Below the pieces are notes generated by a model, which ran no database searches, had not been told where the DNA came from, and was given only the letters and a program-made list of their open reading frames with translations. From the human T2T-CHM13v2.0 reference genome, Homo sapiens, in the NCBI RefSeq assembly GCF_009914755.1, contig NC_060948.1: a stretch of DNA of 64,000 bases; one strand, given 5' to 3'. Position 1 is the first letter of the stretch, and each line of letters begins with the position of its first letter. A program made the translations under genes and the position numbers. Positions 29,693 to 47,010 of the stretch are shown in pieces.

Positions 29693-30939
29693 ACAAGCCA
29701 TATTTTGACATGAAGTAAATGTGTAGTTAAAAATAAAGTCTACATTTATGTTATATTATCAAATTGTATTGACTGTGTACCTATAATGCGTGGATATGTG
29801 TTCTTGAGAAAAATTGTAATATCAAGTGTCTGATGATAGTATCATGTCATAAGAGAAAATACTTTTTAAAAATGATTACCTTGTCATTGAGTTAAATAAG
29901 AGGCAGAAATTTTCTCAATTGAACTCCATATGCTTAAATCAGAATTTGAATGTGCTTGAGTATACATTCCTTATCTAGAACACTACAGTGCATTTTCTTA
30001 TTTCCTCAAATCCATTGCCTTGCCTACATGGTTATGAGTACCTGTTTGAGGGATTTGTATTCTTGGGAGTGGGTAATATTTATGATTACTTAATCACTTT
30101 ATATAAATATATAAACTTAGGAAGGGAGAGATTCAGTCAGGTGAATCAAGAGTCATGAAGACTAATGGTATGATCGGTTTTATTCCTATTCCTCCTAGTG
30201 CTATAATATATGTTCTGTCTACCTGACTTACAAGCTACTGGAGCAGAGCTGGAGTTTGCAATAGGTATAACTGTAATTAAATAGTCAGTCTCAAAGCAAC
30301 CTGTCAGTAGTTTCAGGATGGAGGGGAATGTTTTGTTGTTGTGGTCACTATCTCTATAAGGTACACCAATTTTATTTTGAATGAAATACTTGAGACAAAG
30401 GACCACTGAGAATGATTAATAGCTTGAGAAGAAAATTTTCCTTCTTTGAGTGACCCTGAGTGCTATTATCCTTTCTCAGATCAGCAACAACCCCGCATTG
30501 TTTTCACTGAGTACGGGGATGTGACCCACATCAAATGTAATCATGATGATGGCTGATTTTCTCCTGAATAAGTGACAGTAATACTAAATCAGTCATTTTT
30601 TCTGACTCATGAACATACAAACAATTTGGGTTTTATTTCCATTTCCTCTGTCTGAAAATGTCAGGCATCAAAATCAGCTTTTATGCTTTAGACCTACATC
30701 CGCTCATTGATCATATTTATCTGAAAAATAATGAGCACCGTGTATCTTTATTTATTCCAGTTATTCACTCTGAACAGTTTCCAAGCTGACTTAGAGATAT
30801 TGAAGTGAAGCTATGAGAAGTTAAATAATTAAAGTGAGAATTTAGACTTTTTTATTTTTCTTGCTCCTTCTCTCAATAAACACACATTTTTCAATCACTT
30901 CTCCCTTCAGGAGGTTATTAATTTCAGGTTCTCCAAATA

Positions 30940-33374
30940 GTGTGAAGTAGGGATTCAAATTCACGCTTTTGCATGTAGATATCTAGTGGTACCTAAACAA
31001 TGTGCTCTTTTCCCATGGAATTATTTTGGTGTAGTTGTCAAAAATTGATCATAAATGTAAGAGTTTGTTTCTATACCCTAATTTCTAATTATTGATATAT
31101 ATTTATACCTTCATGCTAGTATTACAAATAAGTGATGACTATAGTTTTATAGTTGACTGTGACTTTTCAATTTGTTTTTTCTTTTTCAAGATTGTTTTGG
31201 CTGTTATGAGTGTCTTGAATTTTCATATAAATTTTAGGAGCATCTGACAATTTCTGCAAAAAAAAGCAAGATGTGATTTTGATTGGATTTGTATTTAATC
31301 TATAGACCAACTTGGGCAATATTATGGTAACGATATTGTTTTCTGTTCTATAAACATAGCATGACTTTTACTTCTTTTATACTTTTCAGTACTAAAGTGT
31401 TGTGCTTCTTTCACTAAGTTTTTAGTTGGACATAGAGAGTAGAAGTATGGTTATCAGAAGAATTTTATTCTTTTGATGCTGTTGTAAAGTAAGTCATTTC
31501 CTTAATTTTATTTTCTAATTACTCAATCAAAATATTTCTAATTACTCAATGAAAACAGAAATACAATTGATATTTGTATATTGATCCTGTGTTCTGACAA
31601 AGATTGTGAACTTGCTTATTATTTCTAATAGATATTTAGTATATTCCTTGGGATCTTCTCTACGTAAGATGCTATTATTTGAAAATAAAATTGTTTTAAG
31701 TCTTCATTTTCAACCTAAATGGTATTTACTTATTTATTATTTACTTATTTCCCAAACTGGCCTTGCTAGAACCTAAAATCCAATGTTGAATAAAAGTCAC
31801 AAATATGGACACATTTATGTTTCTTCTTCTGGATATGAGGTATCATCTGTTATTATTTATATCCTTAATACAATCCATCTTTGTTCCTACCTTTCTTCTT
31901 GTATTAATATTGTTACATAAATTATATTTCCACGTATTATAGGTTCAATAAGTAAATTATATATTGTTTTATGTAGTTGCTCTTCAAATAAGAGAAGAAA
32001 GAAGATTATACAACTATACCATTTTCTCTAATTAATTACATAATTATTTTTTACCAGTGCCTTTTGTATGAAGATTCAAATTACTCTATAATTATCAGTT
32101 CTTCACCCTAAATAACTTTCTTTACTATTTCTCATAAGATAGGTGTGCTAGAAATGAATTATGTCAATTTTTCCATGACAGATAAAGGCCTTATTTTGCC
32201 AAAACATTCCTGATTGATTGGTTGACAGTTTTTGTTTTGTTTAGTTTTGTTTTACTTTTAGCACATTGAATATATTGTCACAATGCCTCTAGCTTCTATT
32301 ATTTCTGATGGAAAGTCAGATACTGTTCTTATATTCTACATGATGTATTATTTTTCTCTTGTTGACTTCAATAATTTCTCTTTGTCTTTGAATATTTTTA
32401 TAATGAGTTTTCTGAGTGTGGATGTTCTCGTATTTATCCTACCTGGAATTTGTTGAGATTTGTAAATGTCTAAATTAATATTTTTCATGCAATTTTGAAA
32501 TGTTTCAGTCATTATTTTCTCAAACATTTTTCTGTCTCTTGTTCCCTCTTCTCTTCTTCTAGTACATTCATTATGTATATATTAGTATGCTTAATGCCCC
32601 ACCATATTTCTCTGACACTGCCATTTTTCATCATTTTTCCTCTCTGTTTTTCAGAATACTGATCTCTAACAATCTATCTTCAAGTTCACTGATTGATTCT
32701 CATGACAGCGCAAATCTATTAAACTTTCTAGTTCTTTTTTTTTCATTTTGGTTGTTATATTTTTCACCTTTAATATTTCAACTAAATCCTTTTTAATTAT
32801 TTCCATTTTTGATATATTCTATCTGGTGAAATACTATCAACATACATTCCTTCAAAATTTTAACTTTTTTTTTTCTTTAGCTTTGTGGGCATAGTTATAA
32901 TAGCTTCTTTGAAAATATTTTCTGATAAGTTGCCACGTTTCTATCCCTCAAAGTCTATTTCTTTTGCATGGCTTTTTGCCTATGTATCAGTCTCATTTTC
33001 CTGTTTATTGAAACATTTTTTTGGTTGAAATAAGGACATTTTAGAGAACACAGTTTATCTAGAATTGTTACAACTGATTATCTAAAATGTCTAATTTGTA
33101 ATAAAAATTGGAATTTCAAAGCAACAGGAAAGGTAACGGGATTACTGTAATATTTTTGTATGTTTTTGTTTTGTTGTTTGTTTAATGACTTGGCTTAGTT
33201 AATTCTGAAAAATATATTTTCTTCACAGTAAGAAGAATCTGATGTTCCTACTAATATTTTCTCCATTTTTATATTTTAGCATGGTTACCTAGTGTTACCA
33301 CTAGGTCAGCTTATACCACTTATTAGTAAAAGGTTGTGCTCTTAGCCTGCTAGATTTTTAATTTTTGCCTTTAG

Positions 33375-33406
<32 letters not shown>

Positions 33407-34200
33407 ATGCGCATGTGCATGTGGCTTAAAAGTCTCTATCACAATTCATGAAGATTATGTTACGTATGTTTACCTCATATTCATTCAGAGACTAGTAGCT
33501 TGAGGTTTCCTTCTCTGATAGCTCCTGAGTAGATATTTTCTTTGCCAGGATTACCATGATATTGCTTTTAAGTCTGGCATCCAAAGAGTCTTTCATGGGT
33601 CAAAGTAGGTTTTGGTTTAGTGTTTTGACAGAGATTGTTTTAAAGCCTGTCATGTCAATGTGGATTCTATCATGGGTTTTTTGAGTATGTGTGTAGCTTG
33701 GGGAATAATTTCAATTCTGCACCACAACTTGCTTTGGCTGCTGCTCAGTAGGTGCTCAGGGTCAACACTCAGAATTGACCCTGATATGAGGAGGGCTCTT
33801 TTGGGGTGTCTTTTTTCCTGGTTCTCTTCACTGAATCTCTGACTGCTTTGACATTTTGCCTTCTCAAGAAGCTATCACCCTCCTTTTAAATGTTCTTTAC
33901 CAAGACTTTTATTGTTTACTACCATGTCCCTAAGCATATAGTTCTCCACCCTCTGTTTCAAATAAAATTAGTCTCCTCAGGCATAGATGCTGTGCTATTA
34001 TCCCTTACATCCTTCCTTTCCCCCTCAGCAGAACCCCTGCAACAACTGTCTTAAAGTTGGGATGGGGGTCTGCTTTACCTGGGGTCGTATCCACAGTGTA
34101 CAAATGAGCACTCTGTGGGAGGATTTCCCCTGGTCTTTTAGGTTGTCCCTCCTGTTGTGGAACCTCCACCCTACTAACAGTGTTAGGAGCAGTTGTGTAT
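30940..34200 (-). mobile_element. Ancient L1M (L1M4-like) ORF2/ORF1/5' remnants with internal deletions
   Basis: Antisense ORF2 motifs (CTTTTTCAAGATTGTTTTGGCT, AATGTTGAATAAAAG) and ORF1 motifs (TTTCTGATGGAAAGTCAG, CTTCAAGTTCACTGATT); right boundary uncertain. Confidence 0.62.
33377..33404 (+). repeat. (TG)n microsatellite
   Basis: Direct reading. Confidence 0.95.
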
Positions 34201-34394
34201 ACCTCTCTAAGTCTAATTCTATTCCAAATAATGATTTAAAATGTATAATATGAAGCATTTTCAATTTTTGAAATTGGACTAAACTTTAAGGCAAGTGTAA
34301 CCGGTACCTTTACTCTAATGGAGGCTTCTCAACTAATTTGAAAACATTGCCCTGCATACTGTGGTCCAGTGCTATCAGCCTAACAGAAGATTTC

Positions 34395-34550
34395 CTTTTT
34401 TTCTGTATTTCTTCTAAAACAACAACAACAACAAAACACAAAAAGGATACATGTGCAGAACGTGGAGGGTTGTTACATATGTATGTGTTTGCCATGGTGG
34501 TTTGCTGCATCTATAGACCCATCCTCCTCGTTCCCGCTCCTCACTCCCCC
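34395..34550 (-). mobile_element. Short L1PA8/8A-like 3' end
   Basis: TTTCTTCTAAAA...GGATACATGTGCAGAACGTG...GCCATGGTGGTTTGCTGCA; TSD-like CAGAAGAT(T/A)TC on both sides. Confidence 0.85.
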
Positions 34551-35912
34551 AGCAGAAGATATCTACTTTCCAGTGAGGAATAAGAAATTTAAAAATGAGA
34601 TGGGTTAAGATGCAAACTTTTTATGTTATCAATCAAAATGTGTATATTTTCATTTTCATATTTTGTGCTTATAAAAAGGTGATTTTATTATTTCTCAAAA
34701 AGATAAAAATAATGTTTATAAAATCAGTAGTTCATCATTACCAATATGGTCCTAAAATTGAAAAAAAAAATTAAAAAGTCTTTTAAGTGTCTTTAGTACA
34801 CTGTGAAACACCAAAGAGATTTTCAGATAGGTTCACAAACAACTAAAAATTCTGTATCAATCTGCATATCAAAGAATTAAAACAAATTTTGTTAGTTGAA
34901 AACCAAGTACAGAAAGAGAATGTTTCTGTGTGTTCTTACTCAATCTGCAGATATGACTCACTAAAATATAAAATATATAATTATGTTGACTAAAATTATG
35001 AATATCATAAATTATTTCTTGCAAAAAAGTGAGGAATAAATAAATAAGAAAGCCATGTGCAATTGATGTCTGTAGCTTAGTCCTGATACAACTGTTTAAG
35101 TAGAGACTTCACATTTTTGCTGTAAAAGTAAATATATTTTTTCTTACACCTGCCCTGCTATGGTGTTGGTTAGAATTAGCAGGAGTTTTTGAAGTGTGAT
35201 GCAGAGCATTAACTTGATTTGGCAAGTTTGCATGTGAATAAGTATTTAGGAAGACCTGACAATTGGAGAGAAGTGCGAAAGACAAATTGTTCACAGAATT
35301 GAAGAAACCAGGCATAGATACTCTTTTAATAAAAAGATAAACATTTGGAGAAATGTTATGGCTTTAGTTAACAGTTTGCTAATGTTGAGGTTTAAATTTC
35401 TAGAACCGCTCTTGGGCAATAAGTATCTCATTAATACAAAGTACAAAGTGTCAAACTCATATTGCTTTTATAATAGTGGTGGAATGGATCAAGAACACAG
35501 AGTAGATAGTTTGCAATGTGCTAAAAAAAGAAACCGAAGCCTACGTCTTAAGTTATGGCAAGGCAATCAAATGTTTGATGGTGCTTTTCTTTATACTGAG
35601 GCAAGAAAACTGGGTAAAGTCTTTCATTGGCCTGCTATAAAATGACATTTCAGCTAGCAGTTTGTTCAGTGTAGGCACAATTATATCCTCTCTCCATTAT
35701 TAGTAACCTTAGGGAGTGTTTAAAGGATAAGTGTCTCTCATTCCTTTCAAGTAGAAAGAAAAAAAATAGAGCCAGTTCGTGTGCTTTCTTGAGAAAAGCC
35801 TAAGAGTAAATGCATTCAGGAAAACACAACTCATTACAGAAATGTTCCAAGCTAATGTCACTATCTTGATGAAATAATGAAAAGTAGAGAATAAACTCAG
35901 ATGACCATTTAA

Positions 35913-36251
<339 letters not shown>

Positions 36252-36353
36252 TGTCTGGATCTTTTTTCTTCTCTAAACATACCACTTGTTTCCCAATTCC
36301 AAACCTTTATGCCATTTTTTATACCTGACTTAAAAACTTTTCTGGGTGGCTTG

Positions 36354-36364
36354 CAAGATGGCTG
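36354..36364 (+). promoter_or_regulatory. YY1-type motif of the L1 internal promoter
   Basis: CAAGATGGCTG at the element start (consensus CAAGATGGCCG with CpG decay). Confidence 0.65.
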
Positions 36365-37682
36365 AATAGGAACAGCTTCGGTCTGCAGCTCCCAGCAAGA
36401 TCAATGCAGAAGGCAGGTGATTTCCACATTTCCAACTGAGGTACCTGGCTCATCTGATTGGGACTGGTTAAAAGTGGGTGCAGCCCATGGAGGACGAGCC
36501 AAAGCAGGGTGGGGCATCGCCTCACCCAGGAAGCACAAGGGGTCAGGGGACTCCATCCTCTAGTCAAGGAAAGCTGTGAGGGACTGTGCCATGAGGAACA
36601 GTGCACTCCAGCCCAGATACTACGCTTTTCCCATGGTCTTTGCAAGCCACAGACCAGGAGATTCCCTCGGGTGCCTATGCCACCAGGGCCCTGGGTTTCA
36701 AGCACAAAACTGGGTGACCATTTAGGCAGACACCGAGCTAGCTGCAGGAGTATTTTTTCTTACTCCAGTGGCACCTGGAATGCCTGCAAGACAGAATCAT
36801 TCACTCCCTTTGAAAGGGGGCTGAAGCCAAGAAAACAAGTGGTCTAGCTCAGTGGATCCCACCCCCTAGAGCCCAGAAAGCTAAGATCCACTGGCTTGAA
36901 GTTCTTGCTGCCAGCACAGCAGTCTGAAGTCAACCTGGGATACTTGAGCTTGGAGGGGGAAGGGGCGTCTGCCATTACTGAGGCTTGAGTAGGTGGTTTA
37001 CCTCTCACAGTCGAAACAAAGCCACCAGGAAGTTTGAACTAGGTGGAGGCCTCACAGCTCAGCAACGCTGCTGTAGCCAGACTGCCTCTCTAGGTTCCTC
37101 CTGTCTGGGCAGAGCATCTCTGAAAGAAAGGTAGCAGCCCCAATCAGGGGCTTATAGATAAAACTCCCATCTTTCTGGGACAGAGCACCTGGGGTAAGGG
37201 GCGGCTGTGGGCACAATTTCAGCACACTTAAATGTTCCTGCCTGCTGACTCTGAAGAGAGCAGTGGATCTCACAGCACAGTGCTCAAACTCTGCTAAGGG
37301 ACAGAGTGCCTCCTAAAGTGGGTCGCTGACCACTGTGCCTCCTGACTGGAAGAACACCTCCCAGCAGGGATCAACAGACATCTCATACAGGAGAGCTCTG
37401 GCTGGCGTCTGGCAGGTGCCATTCTGGGATGAAGCTTCCAGAGGAAGGAACAGGCAGCAATCTTTGCTCTTCTGCAGCCTCCACTAGTGATACCCAGGGA
37501 AATAGGGTCTGGAGTGGACCTCCAGCAAACTCCAGCAGACCTGCAGCAGAGGGGCCTGACTGTTAGAAGGAAAACTAACAAACAGAAAGGAATAGCATCG
37601 ACATCAACACAAAGGACTTCCACACAGAAACCACATCAGAAGGTCACCACATCAAAGACTAAAGGTAGGTAAATCCATGAAG

Positions 37683-38702
37683 ATGAGGAAAAACCTGCAC
37701 AAAAAGGCTGAAAATTCCAAAAACAGGAACACCTCTTCTCCTCCAAAGGATCACAACTCCTCTCCAGCAAGGGAACAAAACTGGACAGAGAATGAGTTCG
37801 ACAAATTGACAGAAGTAGGTTTCAGAAGGTGGGTAATAAACTTCTCTGAGCTAAAGGAGCATGTTCTAACCCAATACAAAGAAGCAAAGAACCTTGGAAA
37901 AAGGTTAGAGGAATAGCTATCTAGAATAACCAGTATAGAGAAGAACATAAATGACCTGATGGAGCTGAAAAACACAGCATGAGAACTTCGTGAAGGATAC
38001 ACAAGTATCAATAGCCAAATCAACCAAGCAGAAGAAACGATATGAGAGACTGAAGATCAACTCAATGAAATAAAGCATGAAGACAAGATTAGACAAAAAG
38101 AATGAAAAGGAACGAACAAAGCCTCCAAGAAACATGGGACTGTGTGAAAAGACCAAACCTATGTTTGATTGGTGTACCTGAAAGTGACAGGGAGAATGGA
38201 ACCAAGTTGGAAAACACTCTTTAGGATATTATCCAGGAGAATTCCCCAACCTAGCAAGACAGGCCAACATTCCAATTCAGGAAATACAGAGAACACCACA
38301 AAGATACTCCTCGAGAAAAGCAACTCCAAGACACATAATCATCAGATTCACCAAGGCTGAAATGAAGGAAAAAATGTTAAGGGCAGCCAGAGAGAAAGGT
38401 CAGGTTACCCACAAAGGGAAGCCCATCAGGCTAACAGTGGAACTCTCTGAAGAAAGCCTACAAGGCAGAAGAGAGTGGGGGCCAATATTCAACATTCTTA
38501 AAGAAAGAGTTTTCAACCCAGAATTTCATTTCCAGCCAAACTAAGCTTAATAAGTGAAGGAGAAATAAAACCTTTTACAGACAAGCAAAGGCTGAGAGAT
38601 TTTGTCACCATCAGGCCTGCCTTGAAAGAGCTCCTGAAAGAAGCACTAAATATGAAAAGGAAAAACTGGTACCAGCCACTGCAAAAACATACCAAATTGT
38701 AA
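37683..38702 (+). pseudogene. Disrupted L1 ORF1p
   Basis: MRKNLHKKAENSKN...SPPKDHNSSPAREQNW and MKEKMLRAAREKGQVTHKGKPIRLT, broken by stops and frameshifts. Confidence 0.92.
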
Positions 38703-38765
38703 AGACCATTGACACTATGAAGAAACTGTATCAACTAATGGGCAAAATAACCAGCTAGCATCATA

Positions 38766-42588
<3,823 letters not shown>

Positions 42589-43709
42589 CACAAGAACAGA
42601 AAACCAAACACCGCATGTTCTCACTCATAGGTTGGAGTTGAACAATGAGAACACATGGACACAGGGAGGGGAATATCACATACCAGGGCATGTTGGGGGG
42701 TTGGGGCTAGGGGAGGGATAGCATTAGGAGAAACACCTAATGTAGATGACGAGTTGGTGGGTGTAACAAATCCCCATGGCACATGTATACCTATGTAACA
42801 AACCTGCACATTCTGCACATGTATCTGAAAACTTAAAGTATAATAAAAAAAGAGAACAAAAAAATCTTTTCAATATTATTGTGCATTAATTTATTCATAT
42901 GTGAATATATTCACTTCCTAAATATTTATTATTCATGTAACATAGGTTGGAATTTATATAAAATCTTGTGAATATAGAATGTATCAACTCTCTAAATATC
43001 TTCTTTTACAGGATTGATGCAAATCTCATTTCCTTCAATAAATTACTGATTGACTTTATAAGAATTAATCTCCTTCTCACTAATGTCCCCTCATGTTTGT
43101 ATAAATTTTTATTTTGGTATATGGAATGGGCAAGGGGTGTTTCAACATTTATACTTCCTTTATCATCTATCAAAGTTATTTGTTCTGCTAGGTATTTAAT
43201 AAGTATACTTATTAAACAATATTAAGAAATCAAAGAAAAACCTTAGAACTGCACTAAAGTTGAGGGAATCTTATGTGTCATGTTGCAGACTACATTTCCA
43301 GATAGCTCAGTACTCCTCAAAGGTATGTACTTTATAAAGTGTTTACCTTATTCAGACATTTTTATTACCCCTTAATGGTGGCCTTTTAATCTCAGGATAT
43401 AAACATGGCTGCTTATTAGTTGAAATAGTAACTTCCTTACCATAACATATTATTTGGATTTAAATTAGATAGCTTATTATTGAGAACAAATGCAACTTTC
43501 ACTAATATAATTACTTTTGAAATTTTTATGAATGAATAACTATATAACTGGTTATCAACCTTGACTTCAAATAAGAATCGTTTAGAACAGCTTTTATTTA
43601 AAAAATAAAATACCTAAGCCCTATCAAAAGTATAAACCCATCTTACTATTGTCAGAACATTTATTTGAGGCACAGTGAGCGAAATGTAATGGGTAAAAAT
43701 AGAACATAT

Positions 43710-44262
43710 AATGAATATTGTTTTTGCCTACCCCAAATTCCCTTTCCCCTTCATGTGGTGGTAGCATCTGTTTTTGTTTGTTTGTTTTTGTTTTTGTTTT
43801 TGAGGAACTGTCTTAATACACATTGTTGTGATTGAGTTACTCCTCCTTTCTTTATTCCTGTAAGCCCTAGGCATGATCCAGGAACACTGCTGTGGCCAGA
43901 CATAGCACTATATTTTTTCATTTATAGTGATTGATTGAGAAATGTGCACAGAAACTAAGCATAATCAATCAGAGTCTCTTCTCTGAGACTTTTTTTTTTT
44001 GTTATAGCACATTGAAATAATACAGTCTTTAGTTTCAGGGACTGATCGACTATAGTAGAATCCAAATGTTGGGGGAAAGTCTAAAAAAAGAGTAGAAATT
44101 TAAAAATAGAGAAAAAATAGTAGAAAAAAATTCCAACATATAGGGAGAATTTTCCTGAAAATAATGTCAACACAGAGGAGAGGAAAACCAAGAAATAGAC
44201 AAAAGGAGATTACTATCAACTACATGCGATCTCTTGGGTCCAGTCATTCATGAAGGCAGACA
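43710..44262 (+). mobile_element. Ancient MLT1 (K/L-like) LTR remnant
   Basis: TAGTGATTGATTGAGAAATG...CAATCAGAGTC and TGGGTCCAGTCATTCATGAAG motifs. Confidence 0.5.
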
Positions 44263-44264
44263 CA

Positions 44265-44680
44265 GTGTGTGCAAGATATCCTCAATTTTTCCCTTTAGAT
44301 GCCTACCCATCCCTTTTTCACTCTATTTCATGCCTTAGTAGAATGACCCGTATGCACTACATTGAAGTGTTTCCTTGCTTTCTGACTTCCTTTGAGTTTG
44401 GCTATTAGGATCCACAACAAGAAATTGAAAGGCAGGATGAAATTGAGGTCATTCCTCCCAATTCATTAACTGCTAGGTTGCTATCTGTACATTCACTTCA
44501 TCCTTCTACAAAAGACCACAATTTATGTCAAAAGATCCCCCCACACGTACCCACAATATCTCCCAGTAACTAGCCACTCCTAGTGGTAATAATTGCTTCC
44601 TGATGTTGTTATCTTGTATTACATTGTACTATATCCCTGCTCTTATTTCTGTAAATAGGTTCTTTATGAAGCTGCTCTAG
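44265..44680 (+). mobile_element. LTR33-like ERVL LTR remnant
   Basis: TGACCCGTATGCACTACAT...TCCTTGCTTTCTGACTTCC...GTTTGGC and TGTAAATAGG motifs; orientation from recalled consensus. Confidence 0.55.
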
Positions 44681-45699
44681 AATTAAAAACAATACCAAAA
44701 AAAAAAAAACAGTATTTTTTTGGAAAATACTTTAGAGCTTTAGTCCAATATAGTAATAGTAAGCCTTAATTGTAGTGACATTGCTACAGAAAGATATCCT
44801 ATTAACTGCTAAGCCATTTTTCTGATTATTTCTTGAGCTGTCTTATAGAAAGTAAGATAATGTATGTTAATAGTCAAAGAAAAAGGGATGACATTCACCA
44901 AGAAAAACAAATGAATTATCAGTATTCATATGTATTACTCCAATGTTTTGTTCCATGTTTGAATAAGAAAGAACAAAACTGGCTAAATGTGGGTAGTCAT
45001 TGATAGATACAATAAGAGTCCTACATTCCCAGTAATTCTTGGCATGATTTAAATCAGGGTCAATAGCGTGATATCTCTTACACTGACTTTCTTGACCCCA
45101 AAAAAATTGACTAGTAATTTGGGAAGGAGTCCTGCAAATAATGACCAATGCTCCAAGAAATGTATGTGTGATAGCAGAAGCACTTTTCCTTCAGTGTGAC
45201 TAGGCTTGCCATTTAAATCAAATCTATTTTCATAAAATTGTGTAACTTCATATGTTTCGGCTAATATGGTAAGAATAAACTGCTGTTTGCTTGTCAATGA
45301 GAAGAGAAAGAGGATTTATTAACCAGCTACTTTGAAAATCTAAGACTAAGGAATTGACTGTGCTGTAGTTTAAACATTATCTCTCATATTTTATAAACCA
45401 ATATAAAATTTTCTTTACTTGATTGCTTATGTATAGAAAGGGTTCTCAAAATTTCTTATTGTGTTGGTATCAAAATTAAGACAATTATGAGATTGTTTTG
45501 AGACATTAATTAGAAATATTTCTTTTAAAATTTTACATATGAATCCAAAGTTTTGGGAGGTGTTTAGATATCTGCATATAAAAATAACTATTTAGGGACT
45601 CACATTATTTATATTTGTGTGTGTTGAAGTCACTGTCACTCCTCTTCTCCAAACTTTTGTATACATTTCAATTCCAAAACTCTGTTTATGATCAACATA

Positions 45700-46035
45700 T
45701 TGTGCAAAGATTAACAACTAATGGGTCAAATATCATTTGCACTTTTCTCGTTGCATTGAAAATAAAATGTCCATCCCACCTCCACCGTTTATTTTCCCAT
45801 GTCTGGACAATTTTAAAGCAAATTCAAGGCTATGATGGTACATATAATTTCAACCACAAATTTTCAGTATATTTCTAATATATAAAGATTTTTATAAACA
45901 AAGCCATATAATATGCTCCACATTAATAATAATTTTTCAGACCTCAATAATGTTCAATTTCCTCTATTATTACAAATCATTTTATTGCTGTTGTTTTCTT
46001 CTAATCAGGATCTGAGTGAGTTCCACACATTGCAA
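45700..46035 (-). mobile_element. L1MC4/5-like 3' end remnant
   Basis: TTTTAAAGCAAATTC and AATCAGGATCTG...CCACACATTGC motifs. Confidence 0.55.
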
Positions 46036-46649
46036 ACAAATTTGTTACTTATCAAATTGTCTTAAAGAAAACCACAGTCTTTAAAGAATGCTATAAACAA
46101 AGTGTTTGATTTTTAGACTTCACAACATAATTTTTGGCTGCTCAAAGACTGATTTCATGTTGTTTTGTTTGTTGTGCTTATTTCTTGTTTTTGAATTTTC
46201 ATTTTTTGTTCCAGTTAGGTAGTTTTGCCAAGTAGCTGTGTTCTAAATCACTGAACAATCACTTTAACTCAATAAAAAATATTCTACACATTTGAAGAGA
46301 AAAGTTTATTTGGGATATATATATTTATACATCTGTGGGAGGGTTATGTGTAAAATTTTAGAAAATTTTAACTGTTTTCTCTTTTCTCAACATGACTGAA
46401 AGTCCTGTTAAGTGAAAAAATTCAAATATTTTCAGAATAACTAAAATTACAGTAGCTCACAAACAGTATTTAATAAATAATTGTAGCGTAGGCTTCTGAT
46501 GCATGAATTTTTAGTCTTCTATAAAAATCACAACAATCTTATGTATCTCAAAAGATTAAAATCAAGTTCTTTCAGCAAGATGGTATAAAACACACATTTG
46601 CATGGAAGAGGGAATGGAAAAGTCTATCCTACAGAAAAAGGGTAGTACT

Positions 46650-47010
46650 TATTACGGACACTATATTTGTGTCCCTTCAAATGTATATGTTGAACTTTTA
46701 ATCCCCAATGTGATGGTATTAGAAGGTAGAGCCTTTGGGAGGTAATTAGGTCATAATTGTGAAGCCTTAATAAATGAAATTAGTACCCTTATAAGAAGAA
46801 ATATGAGAGATATGATTTTCCTTTTGGCCATGTGAGGGTATAAGAAGACAGCCATCTGCAAATCAGGAAGAGTGCTATCACCAGATACCAGATATGCCAA
46901 CATCATGATCTTGAACTTCTTCATTTTCAGACTCACGAGAAATAAACGTCTGTTGTTTAAACTACCCATTCTATAGTATTCTGTTACAGCAATCTGAACT
47001 GACTGAGGTT
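46650..47010 (+). mobile_element. MLT1A-family MaLR solo LTR
   Basis: AATCCCCAATGTGATGGTATTAG, GCCTTTGGGAGGTAATTAGG, GAAATAAAC; perfect TSD GTACT (46645-46649 / 47011-47015). Confidence 0.92.

Noticed and set aside
30543-30605. Possible C/D-box snoRNA (ATGATGA ... CTGA)
   Set aside because: No convincing terminal stem or recognisable rRNA guide; both motifs are short enough to occur by chance
36319-37623. ORFs of 73-129 aa in the L1PA7 5'UTR (possible ORF0-like)
   Set aside because: Typical UTR-derived frames, several with non-ATG starts; I cannot support an intact ORF0
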